From a virus (Duplodnaviria; Caudoviricetes): DNA of 48,118 nucleotides. This document shows positions 19,149-27,895 of the stretch, one piece after another. The stretch spans positions 1 to 48,118 of IMG/VR virus record IMGVR_UViG_3300021082_000038, one strand, 5' to 3'. Each line of letters begins with the position of its first letter. The stretch's first letter is position 1. Made by a program: the position numbers and the translations under genes. Below the pieces are notes generated by a model that was given only the letters and a program-made list of their open reading frames with translations, had not been told where the DNA came from and ran no database searches.

Positions 19149-19216
19149 ATCAGATACGCTCCCACGCTGAGGGCAGTGATGACTGTTGCCCCGTAGATGA
19201 GGACGATACCAAGCAT
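19136..19216 (-). CDS. Possible 26 aa membrane peptide
   Basis: MLGIVLIYGATVITALSVGAYLIWGR with GAGGAGG upstream (long spacing); start uncertain. Confidence 0.3.
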   Translation of the reverse strand: MLGIVLIYGATVITALSVGAYLIWGR

Positions 19217-19280
19217 CTGTGCGGAATCACGCGCCTCCTCGTTTGAAGTCTTGCCCGTATCGGGCCATCTCCAGTTGCCC

Positions 19281-19481
19281 TCACGAATGAGCCTTACCCG
19301 TTCCTCTGTCTCCGAGACGTTGGACTTCGGAAACCGGTACACGCCAGACTCGTCCGAGCTTGACTGCTCCGATTCGTCCTTCCCTGATCCATCTGCTGAC
19401 TGTCCGGGGGGACACATCGAGTTGCTCGCCTACCTTCCGAGTGCTCAAGAGCTTGGGGACGTGTTTCGTGTCATGCTTCAT
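19281..19481 (-). CDS. HTH_17 / excisionase-like DNA-binding protein
   Basis: LLSTRKVGEQLDVSPRTVSRWIREGRIGAVKLGRVWRVP. Confidence 0.85.
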   Translation of the reverse strand: MKHDTKHVPKLLSTRKVGEQLDVSPRTVSRWIREGRIGAVKLGRVWRVPVSEVQRLGDRGTGKAHS

Positions 19482-19490
19482 TGTATCACA
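19480..19490 (-). promoter_or_regulatory. Extended -10 promoter motif TGTGATACAAT
   Basis: Identical to the motif at 26142-26152; lies in the gap after the polymerase gene. Confidence 0.55.
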
Positions 19491-19505
19491 ACCCCGTTAC
19501 CTCTC

Positions 19506-21956
19506 TCAACTGTACCCGGTGATCCCGAGCCCAGCTGCGTCGTCGATGCCGTGCCAGTACTGACCGTGTTCCACGTCCGCGATCAGCGGGACTGAAAGGT
19601 CGAGACCGAACGTCTTCTTCAAGGGCAGATTCTCCATCACGTCCTTGATGAGAGGCTCGTAGTAGTCAACTCTGTCATCTCGCACCTCGAATCCGATGCC
19701 ATCGTGGAGGGTCATTACCATGGCTGCTTCGCGAGGGTCTAGTTCTTTCTGGAGTTGGATCATGGCGAAGAGCATGATGTCCGATGCCGTCCCTTGAACG
19801 GGCGAGTTGATAGCCTGGCGCTCAGCCTCCATCTGCACCGTGCGATCACGACTCAGCACGTCGGGCAAGTGCCGTACTCGTCCTAGGGGTGATACCACGT
19901 ACTGTCTCTCGTTCACCACGCGCTTCATCCTGTTGTGCCATGCCGTGAGGTCGGGGAACATCTCGAAGTACTTCTGCCTTGCCAGCTCACACTCAGCCAT
20001 CGAGAAGTGCACCTGATAGTTCTTGGCGGCGTAGTTCTGGAACTTCTTCGGGTACATACCGTAGAGAAACCCGAAGTTCACGGGCTTGGCCTTCTTCCTC
20101 TCCTCCTTTCCAATGTCCTTCTCTGCCTTGCCGGTCATGTTCATGGCCTGCAGCATATGTAGGTCCTGCCCGAGCGTGTAGGCTCTCTTCATCACCCTCT
20201 CGTTGGCGATGTGGGCAGCGATACGCAGCTCGACCTGGGAGTAGTCGGCGTTCACGAAGGACCACCCCTCAGGGGCACCGATGATCGAGCGGATGAAGGC
20301 ATCGCGTGGGATCTGCTGCAGGTCACCCGACAGCCTGCCTGTCACTGCCCCGTAGAGCTTGTACGTCGTGTGGATACGAGAGTTACGGTCGAGGCCCACA
20401 GACCAGGGTACGAGGTACGTGTTCATCCACTTCTGCTGCAGAGTTCTGTACTGTAGGAGCATGAGGACTGCGGGGTGATCCATGTACTCCAGCACCGCGT
20501 CCTCGTTGGTACTTGCGTTGCCTGTCTTGGTGAACAGCACGGGCTCGAGACCCAGCCCACCCTTCTTCTCCGAGGTGTAAAGCCAACGCGACACCTGTGG
20601 GACAGAGTTGAAGTTGAATTCCTGCCGCCACGACTTCGGCATGTACGACCTCATCAGATCCGTGCGCTTCTGGATGAAGCCCTGTAGCTCACTCAGCCTG
20701 TCGAACAGGCGGTCCTGGTGGACGTACATGCCCTTCATTTCCACCTGCTGGATGACGTGAGAGCCAGGCATTTGCAGCTTGGCGAACAGCCTCAGCAATC
20801 GGGGAGCAGCCTCGAGTTCTTCCTTCAGCTTCGGTCGCAGCTGCCATGTATAGCCTACGTCCTCCGCGTTGTACGCGCACAGTGCCTTGATCGGTTCCTT
20901 GAGGATCCGCTCAGGTTTGAGGTCCAGCCCGCCCTTGTACTGGTCAGCTCCGAGGTATGCCTGCGACAGGTAACCCAGGTTCTTCGGCCTGTTCTCATCG
21001 AGGAGGTGAGCCGCGAGCATGATGTCGAACTTGTGCTCGAGGAAGATCCCCGCACCTGCCAGCTGGACGTTGTCGTGCTTGCCGTTCTGCGCTACGAGGA
21101 TGAGATCCTTACGCTCGAGGGCAGACTTCATATGCCTCAGCAGCTCACGCCACCTCTTCTTGAACGGGGAGTCGGGGTGATACAACGGGACCACGTAAGC
21201 AGTCTCGCCATCCCACGACACACCGAGGCACTGAATCGACCAGTCCGTATTCCATGGGCGGTATCGATTCTCCACGTCGTAGGACACGACAGCCTTGTCG
21301 GGCAGAGCACGGAGCTGCTTGACTAGCGCCTTGAACCCGGAGATGGTGGCAACGTACCTCTTCTTGACTGCCACAGCTTGAAGTTCGCCTCGAGTAGCCC
21401 GCGCGAAACGTCTGATATCCTCGGAGAATACTGTATCCTGTCCCGGGTTTCTGAGAACATAGGCAGGATGTATGGTAGCCATGACGAAGCTGCTAGAAAA
21501 CACCGGGTCACGGGGGGAGAGCTGTACTCCTCGCTTTGTGGGAGATGTGATCCCACTTGTGCGGCAGACACGCTGGAGAGCAGTGTTTCCCAGGAGGAGA
21601 ACGTGGCTCGGTTGAATAGCCCGAACTTCGGCATCGAGATATCCAGCACAAGCAGACCACTCACTTCGCTCAGGCGCACGATTACCTGGAGGTCTACACT
21701 TGACCACATTAGTAACGTAAACTCGCTCGGGATCGAGTCCGGCGTCAGCGAGCTTTCGATTGAGGATTTGTCCTGCCCGACCCGAGAAGACCTTGCCTGT
21801 TTCATCTTCATTCTCTCCCGGCGCTTCGCCGATTATCATGATGCGGCTCTGGGGTTCGCCGCGACCCATTAGGCAGACGTTCATGGCGTACTCGTGTAGC
21901 TCACACTGAGTGCAGTCGTGGTCTGCCAGCTTGTCTAGCTTACTGCGGTACATCAT
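19506..21956 (-). CDS. DNA polymerase A with N-terminal family-4 uracil-DNA glycosylase domain
   Basis: UDG: CTQC, GEAPG, TNVVKCRPP, HPAY. Exonuclease: YDVE, NGKHD, YNAED. Polymerase: ADYSQVELR, KAKPVNFGFLYG, LHDG. Confidence 0.92.
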   Translation of the reverse strand: MMYRSKLDKLADHDCTQCELHEYAMNVCLMGRGEPQSRIMIIGEAPGENEDETGKVFSGRAGQILNRKLADAGLDPERVYVTNVVKCRPPGNRAPERSEWSACAGYLDAEVRAIQPSHVLLLGNTALQRVCRTSGITSPTKRGVQLSPRDPVFSSSFVMATIHPAYVLRNPGQDTVFSEDIRRFARATRGELQAVAVKKRYVATISGFKALVKQLRALPDKAVVSYDVENRYRPWNTDWSIQCLGVSWDGETAYVVPLYHPDSPFKKRWRELLRHMKSALERKDLILVAQNGKHDNVQLAGAGIFLEHKFDIMLAAHLLDENRPKNLGYLSQAYLGADQYKGGLDLKPERILKEPIKALCAYNAEDVGYTWQLRPKLKEELEAAPRLLRLFAKLQMPGSHVIQQVEMKGMYVHQDRLFDRLSELQGFIQKRTDLMRSYMPKSWRQEFNFNSVPQVSRWLYTSEKKGGLGLEPVLFTKTGNASTNEDAVLEYMDHPAVLMLLQYRTLQQKWMNTYLVPWSVGLDRNSRIHTTYKLYGAVTGRLSGDLQQIPRDAFIRSIIGAPEGWSFVNADYSQVELRIAAHIANERVMKRAYTLGQDLHMLQAMNMTGKAEKDIGKEERKKAKPVNFGFLYGMYPKKFQNYAAKNYQVHFSMAECELARQKYFEMFPDLTAWHNRMKRVVNERQYVVSPLGRVRHLPDVLSRDRTVQMEAERQAINSPVQGTASDIMLFAMIQLQKELDPREAAMVMTLHDGIGFEVRDDRVDYYEPLIKDVMENLPLKKTFGLDLSVPLIADVEHGQYWHGIDDAAGLGITGYS

Positions 21957-22134
21957 CCTCCCCCGGCATGATGGGGAACAACTCGAGCTTGCCCTCGAAC
22001 ATCTCATCCTTCGCCAGCGCATCCGCGACACCCTCGCAGGCTGTGAGGAAGAGGTCGGAGAAGTTCGACGCCAGCTGCTCATCCTCGGTGACGATGCCGA
22101 CGGCGACGGCTACGGTGTAACGCTTAGTAGCCAT
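21940..22134 (-). CDS. Hypothetical acidic protein (64 aa)
   Basis: MATKRYTV... overlaps both neighbours in the operon. Confidence 0.55.
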   Translation of the reverse strand: MATKRYTVAVAVGIVTEDEQLASNFSDLFLTACEGVADALAKDEMFEGKLELFPIMPGEDDVPQ

Positions 22135-22606
22135 GGTGATGGGTGTAGACCTTCGCCTTGTCGAGCAACTCGATGCCTGCTGGGTCACGGTACTCGGTGA
22201 GAAAGTGAACGTCCGTGATACCCGCAGCGATGATGGACTTCGAGCAAATCTCACACGGTGATACGGTCGTGAACAGCTGCGCACCCGCCGTGGAGATCCC
22301 CTGACGAGCCGCAAACGCCAGTGCATTGGCCTCAGCGTGAGTCGTGTTGCGACACCCATGGACATTGAGCTGAACGTCGACCCACTTAGGCCAATCGCTC
22401 TTCGTCATGCCCTCAGGCATAAACTCTGCCCACCCGTGCTCGTTCTCGTCGCAGTGAGGTAGGCCCGGGGGTGAGCCGTTGTAGCCCCACGAGATGCACC
22501 GACCATCCTTGATGATGATGCAGCCCACGTGAGCACGATCGCAGGTTGCCAGCGATGAGAGGATCACTGCCATCCTCAGGAAGGCCCCTTCTTTATCCCG
22601 TGACAC
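22124..22606 (-). CDS. dCMP deaminase family protein
   Basis: GYNG.P.G..HC, HAEANA and SPCEIC zinc motifs. Confidence 0.9.
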   Translation of the reverse strand: MSRDKEGAFLRMAVILSSLATCDRAHVGCIIIKDGRCISWGYNGSPPGLPHCDENEHGWAEFMPEGMTKSDWPKWVDVQLNVHGCRNTTHAEANALAFAARQGISTAGAQLFTTVSPCEICSKSIIAAGITDVHFLTEYRDPAGIELLDKAKVYTHHHGY

Positions 22607-23402
22607 GATGGATATCTCCCATGTGGACGTGGAGGCTGGGGATATGCATGTGGAGGGTACCGGGCTCGACTTCACCTGGCGTCCAGCACACGTCGAGGAC
22701 CCACAGCATGAGTCGGACGGCGAGGTAGATGTCGTCCTGGAAGTGACGGACTACGTCACAGCTGCGAAGGAAGTACCACATGTTGAGACGGTCGACGCCC
22801 TCCTTGTCAGGTCTCACCAGGAAATGGTATCCCAGCGTACATGGTATCCTACCCATGTGGACACTGCCGGTATCCTCCGGGAAGAAGATGGGGAGGTACG
22901 CTTGCCGCGTGTACTTCTCCCTCCGAAGGAGGTAGCAGAGGTCATCGAAGTCCCCGTACTGGTAGCGGATACCCCAAGTTGCTTTGGTCGGCCAGAACCT
23001 CTCGGAGTAGGTGTGGGTGAACTTGCCATCCTCCGCTTGCTTCGAGATGTCCTGACCTTGCCACCAAGGCCAACGCTCGTGGCTGGGGTCGGGGTTCAAC
23101 GGCTTGCCTCCGACACGCTCGTCGAAGTGCTCGTCGGCCCACTCACGATTGGGCTGGATCTCCTTCGCCATCTGATCCAGGAATGTGTGGCCGTCGTGGA
23201 ACGTGTGACCGGGGCGGTCGACGAAGACCCCGAAGCTGACATTCATCAGCTCGCGCGTGACCAGGCTCGGCTGACCGAACGTCGAGTACCCCTGCCAGTG
23301 CCCTGTATCCACCTTCACCCCGAGGTCACGGACATCCAGCCGCAGCTTACGGATGGGGTCGACGAAGTTGGAGTAGACACACCCTTGCTCGTGCTGCCTC
23401 AC
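22593..23402 (-). CDS. Thymidylate-synthase-fold pyrimidine C5-modifying enzyme (dCMP-type), TS1
   Basis: TRQA, IPCTLGYHF (catalytic Cys), RSCDVVRHFQDD and SLHVH; Asp at the E. coli ThyA Asn177-equivalent position. Confidence 0.85.
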   Translation of the reverse strand: MRQHEQGCVYSNFVDPIRKLRLDVRDLGVKVDTGHWQGYSTFGQPSLVTRELMNVSFGVFVDRPGHTFHDGHTFLDQMAKEIQPNREWADEHFDERVGGKPLNPDPSHERWPWWQGQDISKQAEDGKFTHTYSERFWPTKATWGIRYQYGDFDDLCYLLRREKYTRQAYLPIFFPEDTGSVHMGRIPCTLGYHFLVRPDKEGVDRLNMWYFLRSCDVVRHFQDDIYLAVRLMLWVLDVCWTPGEVEPGTLHMHIPSLHVHMGDIHRVTG

Positions 23403-23866
23403 GGATTGAGCTCCTTCCTGGGCTGATCGTCCTCACCCTCGTCGACCACTTCCGCGTCGGCGATGATCTTCTTCTCCGCTTGGTGCAGCGGATGGTCGGG
23501 CGGGAAGAACTGCAGGCCCATATCGTGTGGGTGCTGCACTGATCCGACGCCCCCCATAATGTCGGAGACGAAGTTCACGCCCTCGGTGGACATGCGTTGC
23601 AGCTCCTCGTCCGATGGCATCCTACCTCGGTGGACAGTACCGGTCTGAGCCGTCTCCTGTACCGGGGCGTACTCCCTGGGCATCGTCTCCCAGCTGCTGC
23701 GCAGGTCAGCGATGGTAGGAAGAACCCTCTGCATGTGGTCCTCCATGATGCTGACCCCCATGTTGGCGACGCTCTCCCACTCGGGGTCGCTGGGTACCCT
23801 GTCTGCTACAGGGATGACGTACTCGTGGATGATGCGGATGAATCTCACGCTTACCTCACAGTCCAA
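23399..23866 (-). CDS. Hypothetical protein between the two TS-fold genes
   Basis: 155 aa, overlapping both neighbours. Confidence 0.6.
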   Translation of the reverse strand: MDCEVSVRFIRIIHEYVIPVADRVPSDPEWESVANMGVSIMEDHMQRVLPTIADLRSSWETMPREYAPVQETAQTGTVHRGRMPSDEELQRMSTEGVNFVSDIMGGVGSVQHPHDMGLQFFPPDHPLHQAEKKIIADAEVVDEGEDDQPRKELNP

Positions 23867-24674
23867 TGGGTGACAGGGTCAGTTGATCGACACCGACTGT
23901 GGGCAAGTAATCTCCCGCCACATGCTCACGATGCCGACGCATGACCCTCTTCAGTGGTCCGTACTTGTTCTCCGTGATCCCCCTCTCCTCGAAGTCAAGG
24001 ATCTTATCATACCATTTCCCGACAAGGTTGATGGTAGGATACTTACGACGCAGCTTGGGCTTGTGCAGATCCTCCTCGAACTCATGTTTGAAGAGCATCG
24101 GCAGTGACTTGAAGCCATGGAACTGGAGGGCGTCGATGTACCAGCGGAACTGGAAATCACTGGGCTCCAGACCCAGAGGTCGCCCGATTTCTCTCGCGAG
24201 TACGTGCGCCAGTGCCAGGTCAAGCCCACCGATGTAGGCTATGTAGCTGACGCGGGAGTGCATGCCGATGGTCGGCTGGCCTCGTCGCGCATCACCGTGG
24301 TAGGTGAAGCCCATCATGCAGTTGCCCCAGCGATGCTTGCGGTCGTACCGTGCGACGTTGGCACAGAACATGTTGGTAACTGCGCCCTTCGCTCCCTCAC
24401 CCGACGCCAGCTCCTGAGCCTTGCCGATGAACCTCGTGGTCTCCTCCGGGTCGAGATACTGACGAACGAGGCGGGTCCATCGCTGCTTGTTCAGCCAGAG
24501 GTCCCGGCCCATGTCTATGTCGAAGTCCATGGAGTTGCACGCCAGCAGGTTGTCGTAGGCAATGGTGTCAGCGGATCCGACGATGGAGAGTCCCCCATTG
24601 TCTATAGTGCCCCGCCACATGCGCCAGATGGAATCACGCCAGAGGGAGGACATGGTGTCGTGGTTCTTAATCAC
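23856..24674 (-). CDS. Divergent thymidylate-synthase-fold protein, TS2
   Basis: WGNCMMGFTY, HSRVSYIAYIGGLD and FRWYIDALQFH align in order with the TS PC, RSxD...N/D and HxY motifs; GTG start after GGAAGG. Confidence 0.6.
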   Translation of the reverse strand: MIKNHDTMSSLWRDSIWRMWRGTIDNGGLSIVGSADTIAYDNLLACNSMDFDIDMGRDLWLNKQRWTRLVRQYLDPEETTRFIGKAQELASGEGAKGAVTNMFCANVARYDRKHRWGNCMMGFTYHGDARRGQPTIGMHSRVSYIAYIGGLDLALAHVLAREIGRPLGLEPSDFQFRWYIDALQFHGFKSLPMLFKHEFEEDLHKPKLRRKYPTINLVGKWYDKILDFEERGITENKYGPLKRVMRRHREHVAGDYLPTVGVDQLTLSPIGL

Positions 24675-24985
24675 TGCTGTTCCTTCCGGTCGGCGGGAGC
24701 GAGAGCGGCGCGCTCGCCTACGAGCGCGTCTAGGGCAGCGAGGGCTTCGGGCTTGACCCTCCTGGCAGTCTCGGGGAGCGCATGACCAATCATCGTCAGA
24801 GCTTCCCGCACGGTGTCGGCGTGGCCGCTCATCAGAGCCTCCTGCATAAGATGCGCTTCGTCCTTTGCCACGACCTCGATGCGCACACACTCGTGGTGCG
24901 CTGTTCGGGGGTTCCATGCGTAGTGCCACGAAAACGGTTCCTGGCGCTGGCAGATCGGGCACCAGTAGATGAACAGCGAGATCAC
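24671..24985 (-). CDS. Hypothetical protein (CPIC motif)
   Basis: ORF fills the gap between MazG and TS2; start uncertain. Confidence 0.5.
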   Translation of the reverse strand: MISLFIYWCPICQRQEPFSWHYAWNPRTAHHECVRIEVVAKDEAHLMQEALMSGHADTVREALTMIGHALPETARRVKPEALAALDALVGERAALAPADRKEQQ

Positions 24986-25022
24986 GACGGCATCGCCCCC
25001 CGCACCTTCTCCTGACGGGCGC

Positions 25023-25373
25023 TCACAGCTGCTCACCTGACGAGGGCATGACCCAGGCAGTATCGGGCTCAGCCTGCCAGTCACGCTGCTCGACCTGGTT
25101 CCAGGCGTTGAAGATGCACTGGGAGAGGTTGAAGCCGTTGGTGTTGGCGTAGCTCATCATGTAGATGAAGATGTCGCCGAGAGCATCCGATGCCTGCTCG
25201 ACATAGGCCTCGTCTGTCATAGCCCGGATGCCCTGATCCCGCTTGAGATGGGCATGACACAGCTCACCCACCTCCTCAGCAATGCCGAGTAGCGCATCGT
25301 GCGGTTGCTGGTTGGGGAAGTTGTGCTGGACCCACACACGGTGACGGGTCTGCAGTCGCTCGATGGCGTTCAT
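25023..25373 (-). CDS. MazG-like nucleotide pyrophosphohydrolase
   Basis: LGIAEEVGEL...DALGDIFIY motif. Confidence 0.88.
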   Translation of the reverse strand: MNAIERLQTRHRVWVQHNFPNQQPHDALLGIAEEVGELCHAHLKRDQGIRAMTDEAYVEQASDALGDIFIYMMSYANTNGFNLSQCIFNAWNQVEQRDWQAEPDTAWVMPSSGEQL

Positions 25374-25912
25374 CCCACCACCATCTCGAGGTAACCTGCA
25401 GCGAACCCGATGGCCTTCTGCGGGTCGTCGGTCAGGTAGTCGTAGGTCATGATCTGCTCGGCACGGTAGCCAAGCGAGAGCATCGTGCGCACCTGTGGGT
25501 ACGCCCAGTGGATCTTCTCGAGGTCGAGCAGGCTCACACCCTTCAGCTTCTGTGGCTGCAGGCTGATGTTGTGCTGCGCTGCCTCCCAGCCCGGATCACA
25601 GAAGATCCAGTGCGTGTCCTTGAGCCAAAGATCCTGCATCCCGTAGCCCATGTTCTTCGCCGAGACGATCAGCTCCCGCTCGTGGGTGGCCATCTGGTAG
25701 ATGAACTCCGAGGTGAAAAAGCATCTGTCGTAGACGACGGTAGGACTGTTCTCCCTGATCTGGAGTTTCCACCAGTCATACACCTCGTGGTCTGCTCCGT
25801 TGAGGGATGAAAGGCTGGGTGCTCGCCGATACTCCAGAATGTCGATCTCCTCAGCAAGTAGCTTCGCCAAGGTAGTCTTGCCCGTGCCATCAGGACCTTC
25901 CACTATCAACAT
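25370..25912 (-). CDS. dNMP (thymidylate-like) kinase
   Basis: IVEGPDGTGKTT P-loop; YDRCFF.SE..Y. Confidence 0.82.
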   Translation of the reverse strand: MLIVEGPDGTGKTTLAKLLAEEIDILEYRRAPSLSSLNGADHEVYDWWKLQIRENSPTVVYDRCFFTSEFIYQMATHERELIVSAKNMGYGMQDLWLKDTHWIFCDPGWEAAQHNISLQPQKLKGVSLLDLEKIHWAYPQVRTMLSLGYRAEQIMTYDYLTDDPQKAIGFAAGYLEMVVG

Positions 25913-26114
25913 CTTCCACCTCCACGTCAGTCTCGCGTTCGGAGGGCTGACCGATGACCTCGGTCGCCTTGTGGTCACGTTCCACGTTGGCCATCCGCTT
26001 CAACCACACCTTGTCGTTGGCCACAGCGAAGGGCTCGAAGGCCTGCTCCAACCATGCCACGATCTTGTCTGGGTCGTCTACGTGCTCCGACACCATTTGC
26101 CACTCGAATGCCAT
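25890..26114 (-). CDS. Hypothetical protein
   Basis: 74 aa; AAGGACGAGG RBS, downstream of a promoter motif. Confidence 0.6.
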   Translation of the reverse strand: MAFEWQMVSEHVDDPDKIVAWLEQAFEPFAVANDKVWLKRMANVERDHKATEVIGQPSERETDVEVEDVDSGRS

Positions 26115-26141
26115 CCTCGTCCTTTCTTGTCGGTCGTACTC

Positions 26142-26152
26142 ATTGTATCACA
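26142..26152 (-). promoter_or_regulatory. Extended -10 promoter TGTGATACAAT for the nucleotide-metabolism operon
   Basis: TGn-TACAAT ~28 nt upstream of ATG 26114. Confidence 0.6.
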
Positions 26153-27587
26153 ACGGGCGGAGGTACCGCTTAGGATTCCGCATCAGCGTTTGATGCCAAT
26201 CCTCCTTGCGACGTAACCCATCCCACGCTGCCAAATCCACAGTGCCCCGAGCAATGAGGTGAGTGTAGCGAACAGGGCGGGCTTGATTGGGACCTCGCAC
26301 TCGATTGAGGGACTGCCAGTAGTCCACCCATCCGTCTGGAGTCGAATAGTAGAGAACTTCAGCAGCAGCTGAGAGTTCGATGGACTGACGACCAGTCTGT
26401 ATTTGGAAGACGAGAGATAGTGGTTCTCTTGCTCGCTGAAGTTCGCGGATGTATCGTACTCGATCAGCATCCCCCGTCGCGCCTTCGATGAGATGAGTGC
26501 GGTAGCCAGCCTTCTCCGATACGTTACTGAGTGCGTGGACCTCAGACGTGAAACGGCAATAGCTGACGCATGACTCTCCTTGCTCAAGAAGAAGGTCATA
26601 ATACCCCCGAGCAGCCAGAAGCTTCTCAGAATGAAGGTTGGTTCCGTCTGTGAGAAACCCTCCAGCAATCTGTAGGAGTCGGAGTCGACGGACTCCGGCA
26701 TTCTTGGCGTCCACCCATGTTCCTTCATCCCACTCTCCAATCATCTCCGTAGCAACGTCGGTGTACAGCTTACGAGCACGCGGGGGGAGACTAACCTTGA
26801 TAGCATGCCAGAACTGCTTACCGTTTAGACCCGCCTCCTCCGCGCTCACCGATATGCTGTGGGCCCGCACCTTGCGGAGGATCTTCTTCTCCTTCTTGAA
26901 TCCGATGACCGAGTACCTGCGTGAGCCATGACCGTAGATGACGTGGTCCTCGTCGAAGTCACCTGCGTTGGTCCCGAAGATGCTGTCGTCCATGATACGG
27001 AACTGACTGAAGAGGTCACGCCACCCCTTAGGATTCGGAGTCCCTGTAAGCAGTACCACATAAGGACGCCCGTCACCCCGACGTTTCCGCAGGCGGTTGA
27101 CCATTCGCCAAGCATCCTGAGCACCTCTACCTCCCGGTCGTTTGTACTCGTGGCTCTCGTCGAGGATGATCGCATCCGGGTTCCAGTCCTCGAGCTCCCT
27201 CTGCTTGACACGGACGAGGCGGTGGTTGATACGCTCAGCTCGCATGGTCTGCTCCCTGCCAGCCAAAAAGAAAGCCACCTCAGGGGGTGAGCCAGCGTAC
27301 ACCTTCTCGATGTGCTGCCACTGCTCGTCGTAGTTCTCGACGGTGCAGGGATACGGGAAGTGCTTAGGAATCTCCTCCTCCCACACTGCGAGGGCGATCT
27401 TCGGTGCGATCACCAACACCCTCCGCACTTCGCCCTTGAGCGCGAGGATGGCTGAGTAATCGAGGGCCGTCTTCGTCTTACCCAGCCTAGGCTCCATGAA
27501 AATGCCATAGTTCCTCGCCTTGACCGCCCGCACCACCGCCTTCTTCTGATGGTCGAACATCGTGGTCTTCGGGACGTACTTGGTCAT
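26148..27587 (-). CDS. SNF2-like (SF2) helicase
   Basis: HQ..., MEPRLGKT, ILDESH, LTGTP and QSLNRVRGPNQ motifs. Confidence 0.88.
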   Translation of the reverse strand: MTKYVPKTTMFDHQKKAVVRAVKARNYGIFMEPRLGKTKTALDYSAILALKGEVRRVLVIAPKIALAVWEEEIPKHFPYPCTVENYDEQWQHIEKVYAGSPPEVAFFLAGREQTMRAERINHRLVRVKQRELEDWNPDAIILDESHEYKRPGGRGAQDAWRMVNRLRKRRGDGRPYVVLLTGTPNPKGWRDLFSQFRIMDDSIFGTNAGDFDEDHVIYGHGSRRYSVIGFKKEKKILRKVRAHSISVSAEEAGLNGKQFWHAIKVSLPPRARKLYTDVATEMIGEWDEGTWVDAKNAGVRRLRLLQIAGGFLTDGTNLHSEKLLAARGYYDLLLEQGESCVSYCRFTSEVHALSNVSEKAGYRTHLIEGATGDADRVRYIRELQRAREPLSLVFQIQTGRQSIELSAAAEVLYYSTPDGWVDYWQSLNRVRGPNQARPVRYTHLIARGTVDLAAWDGLRRKEDWHQTLMRNPKRYLRPL

Positions 27588-27895
27588 GCGTCGGGCGACT
27601 CAGTGATACCGTCGGGGTACTGCTGACGCAATTCCCTTAGCGCCTGCGCGCGGGCATCGGTTCGAGACCCACCTTGGAGGACTCGCTGCTGCTGCTTGAG
27701 GCTCCAGTTCCGGCGAAAAGATTTGCGAGCTTCCCGTAGTTGACTAGAGTCAATATGCGTCCCCTTCGGCGTGGATTGCCAGCCGTATAGACGGTAACCG
27801 TGAGGGCAGGTTGGGTGGTCTTCATCGTCAAACCTGAGGCTTTCGTGGTCTGCGTCCAGTAGACACCCGTCCAGGAACCGCAGCTTGACGACCAT
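27584..27895 (-). CDS. Hypothetical protein
   Basis: ATG 27895 with GAGG upstream; stop overlaps the helicase start. Confidence 0.55.
   Translation of the reverse strand: MVVKLRFLDGCLLDADHESLRFDDEDHPTCPHGYRLYGWQSTPKGTHIDSSQLREARKSFRRNWSLKQQQRVLQGGSRTDARAQALRELRQQYPDGITESPDA

Noticed and set aside
19281-19481. Excisionase implying a temperate lifestyle
   Set aside because: No integrase, ParAB or clear repressor in a complete genome; HTH_17 proteins are common in lytic phages.
22593-23402. Canonical thyA
   Set aside because: It has Asp rather than Asn at the specificity position and a divergent N-terminus, so no gene symbol was assigned.
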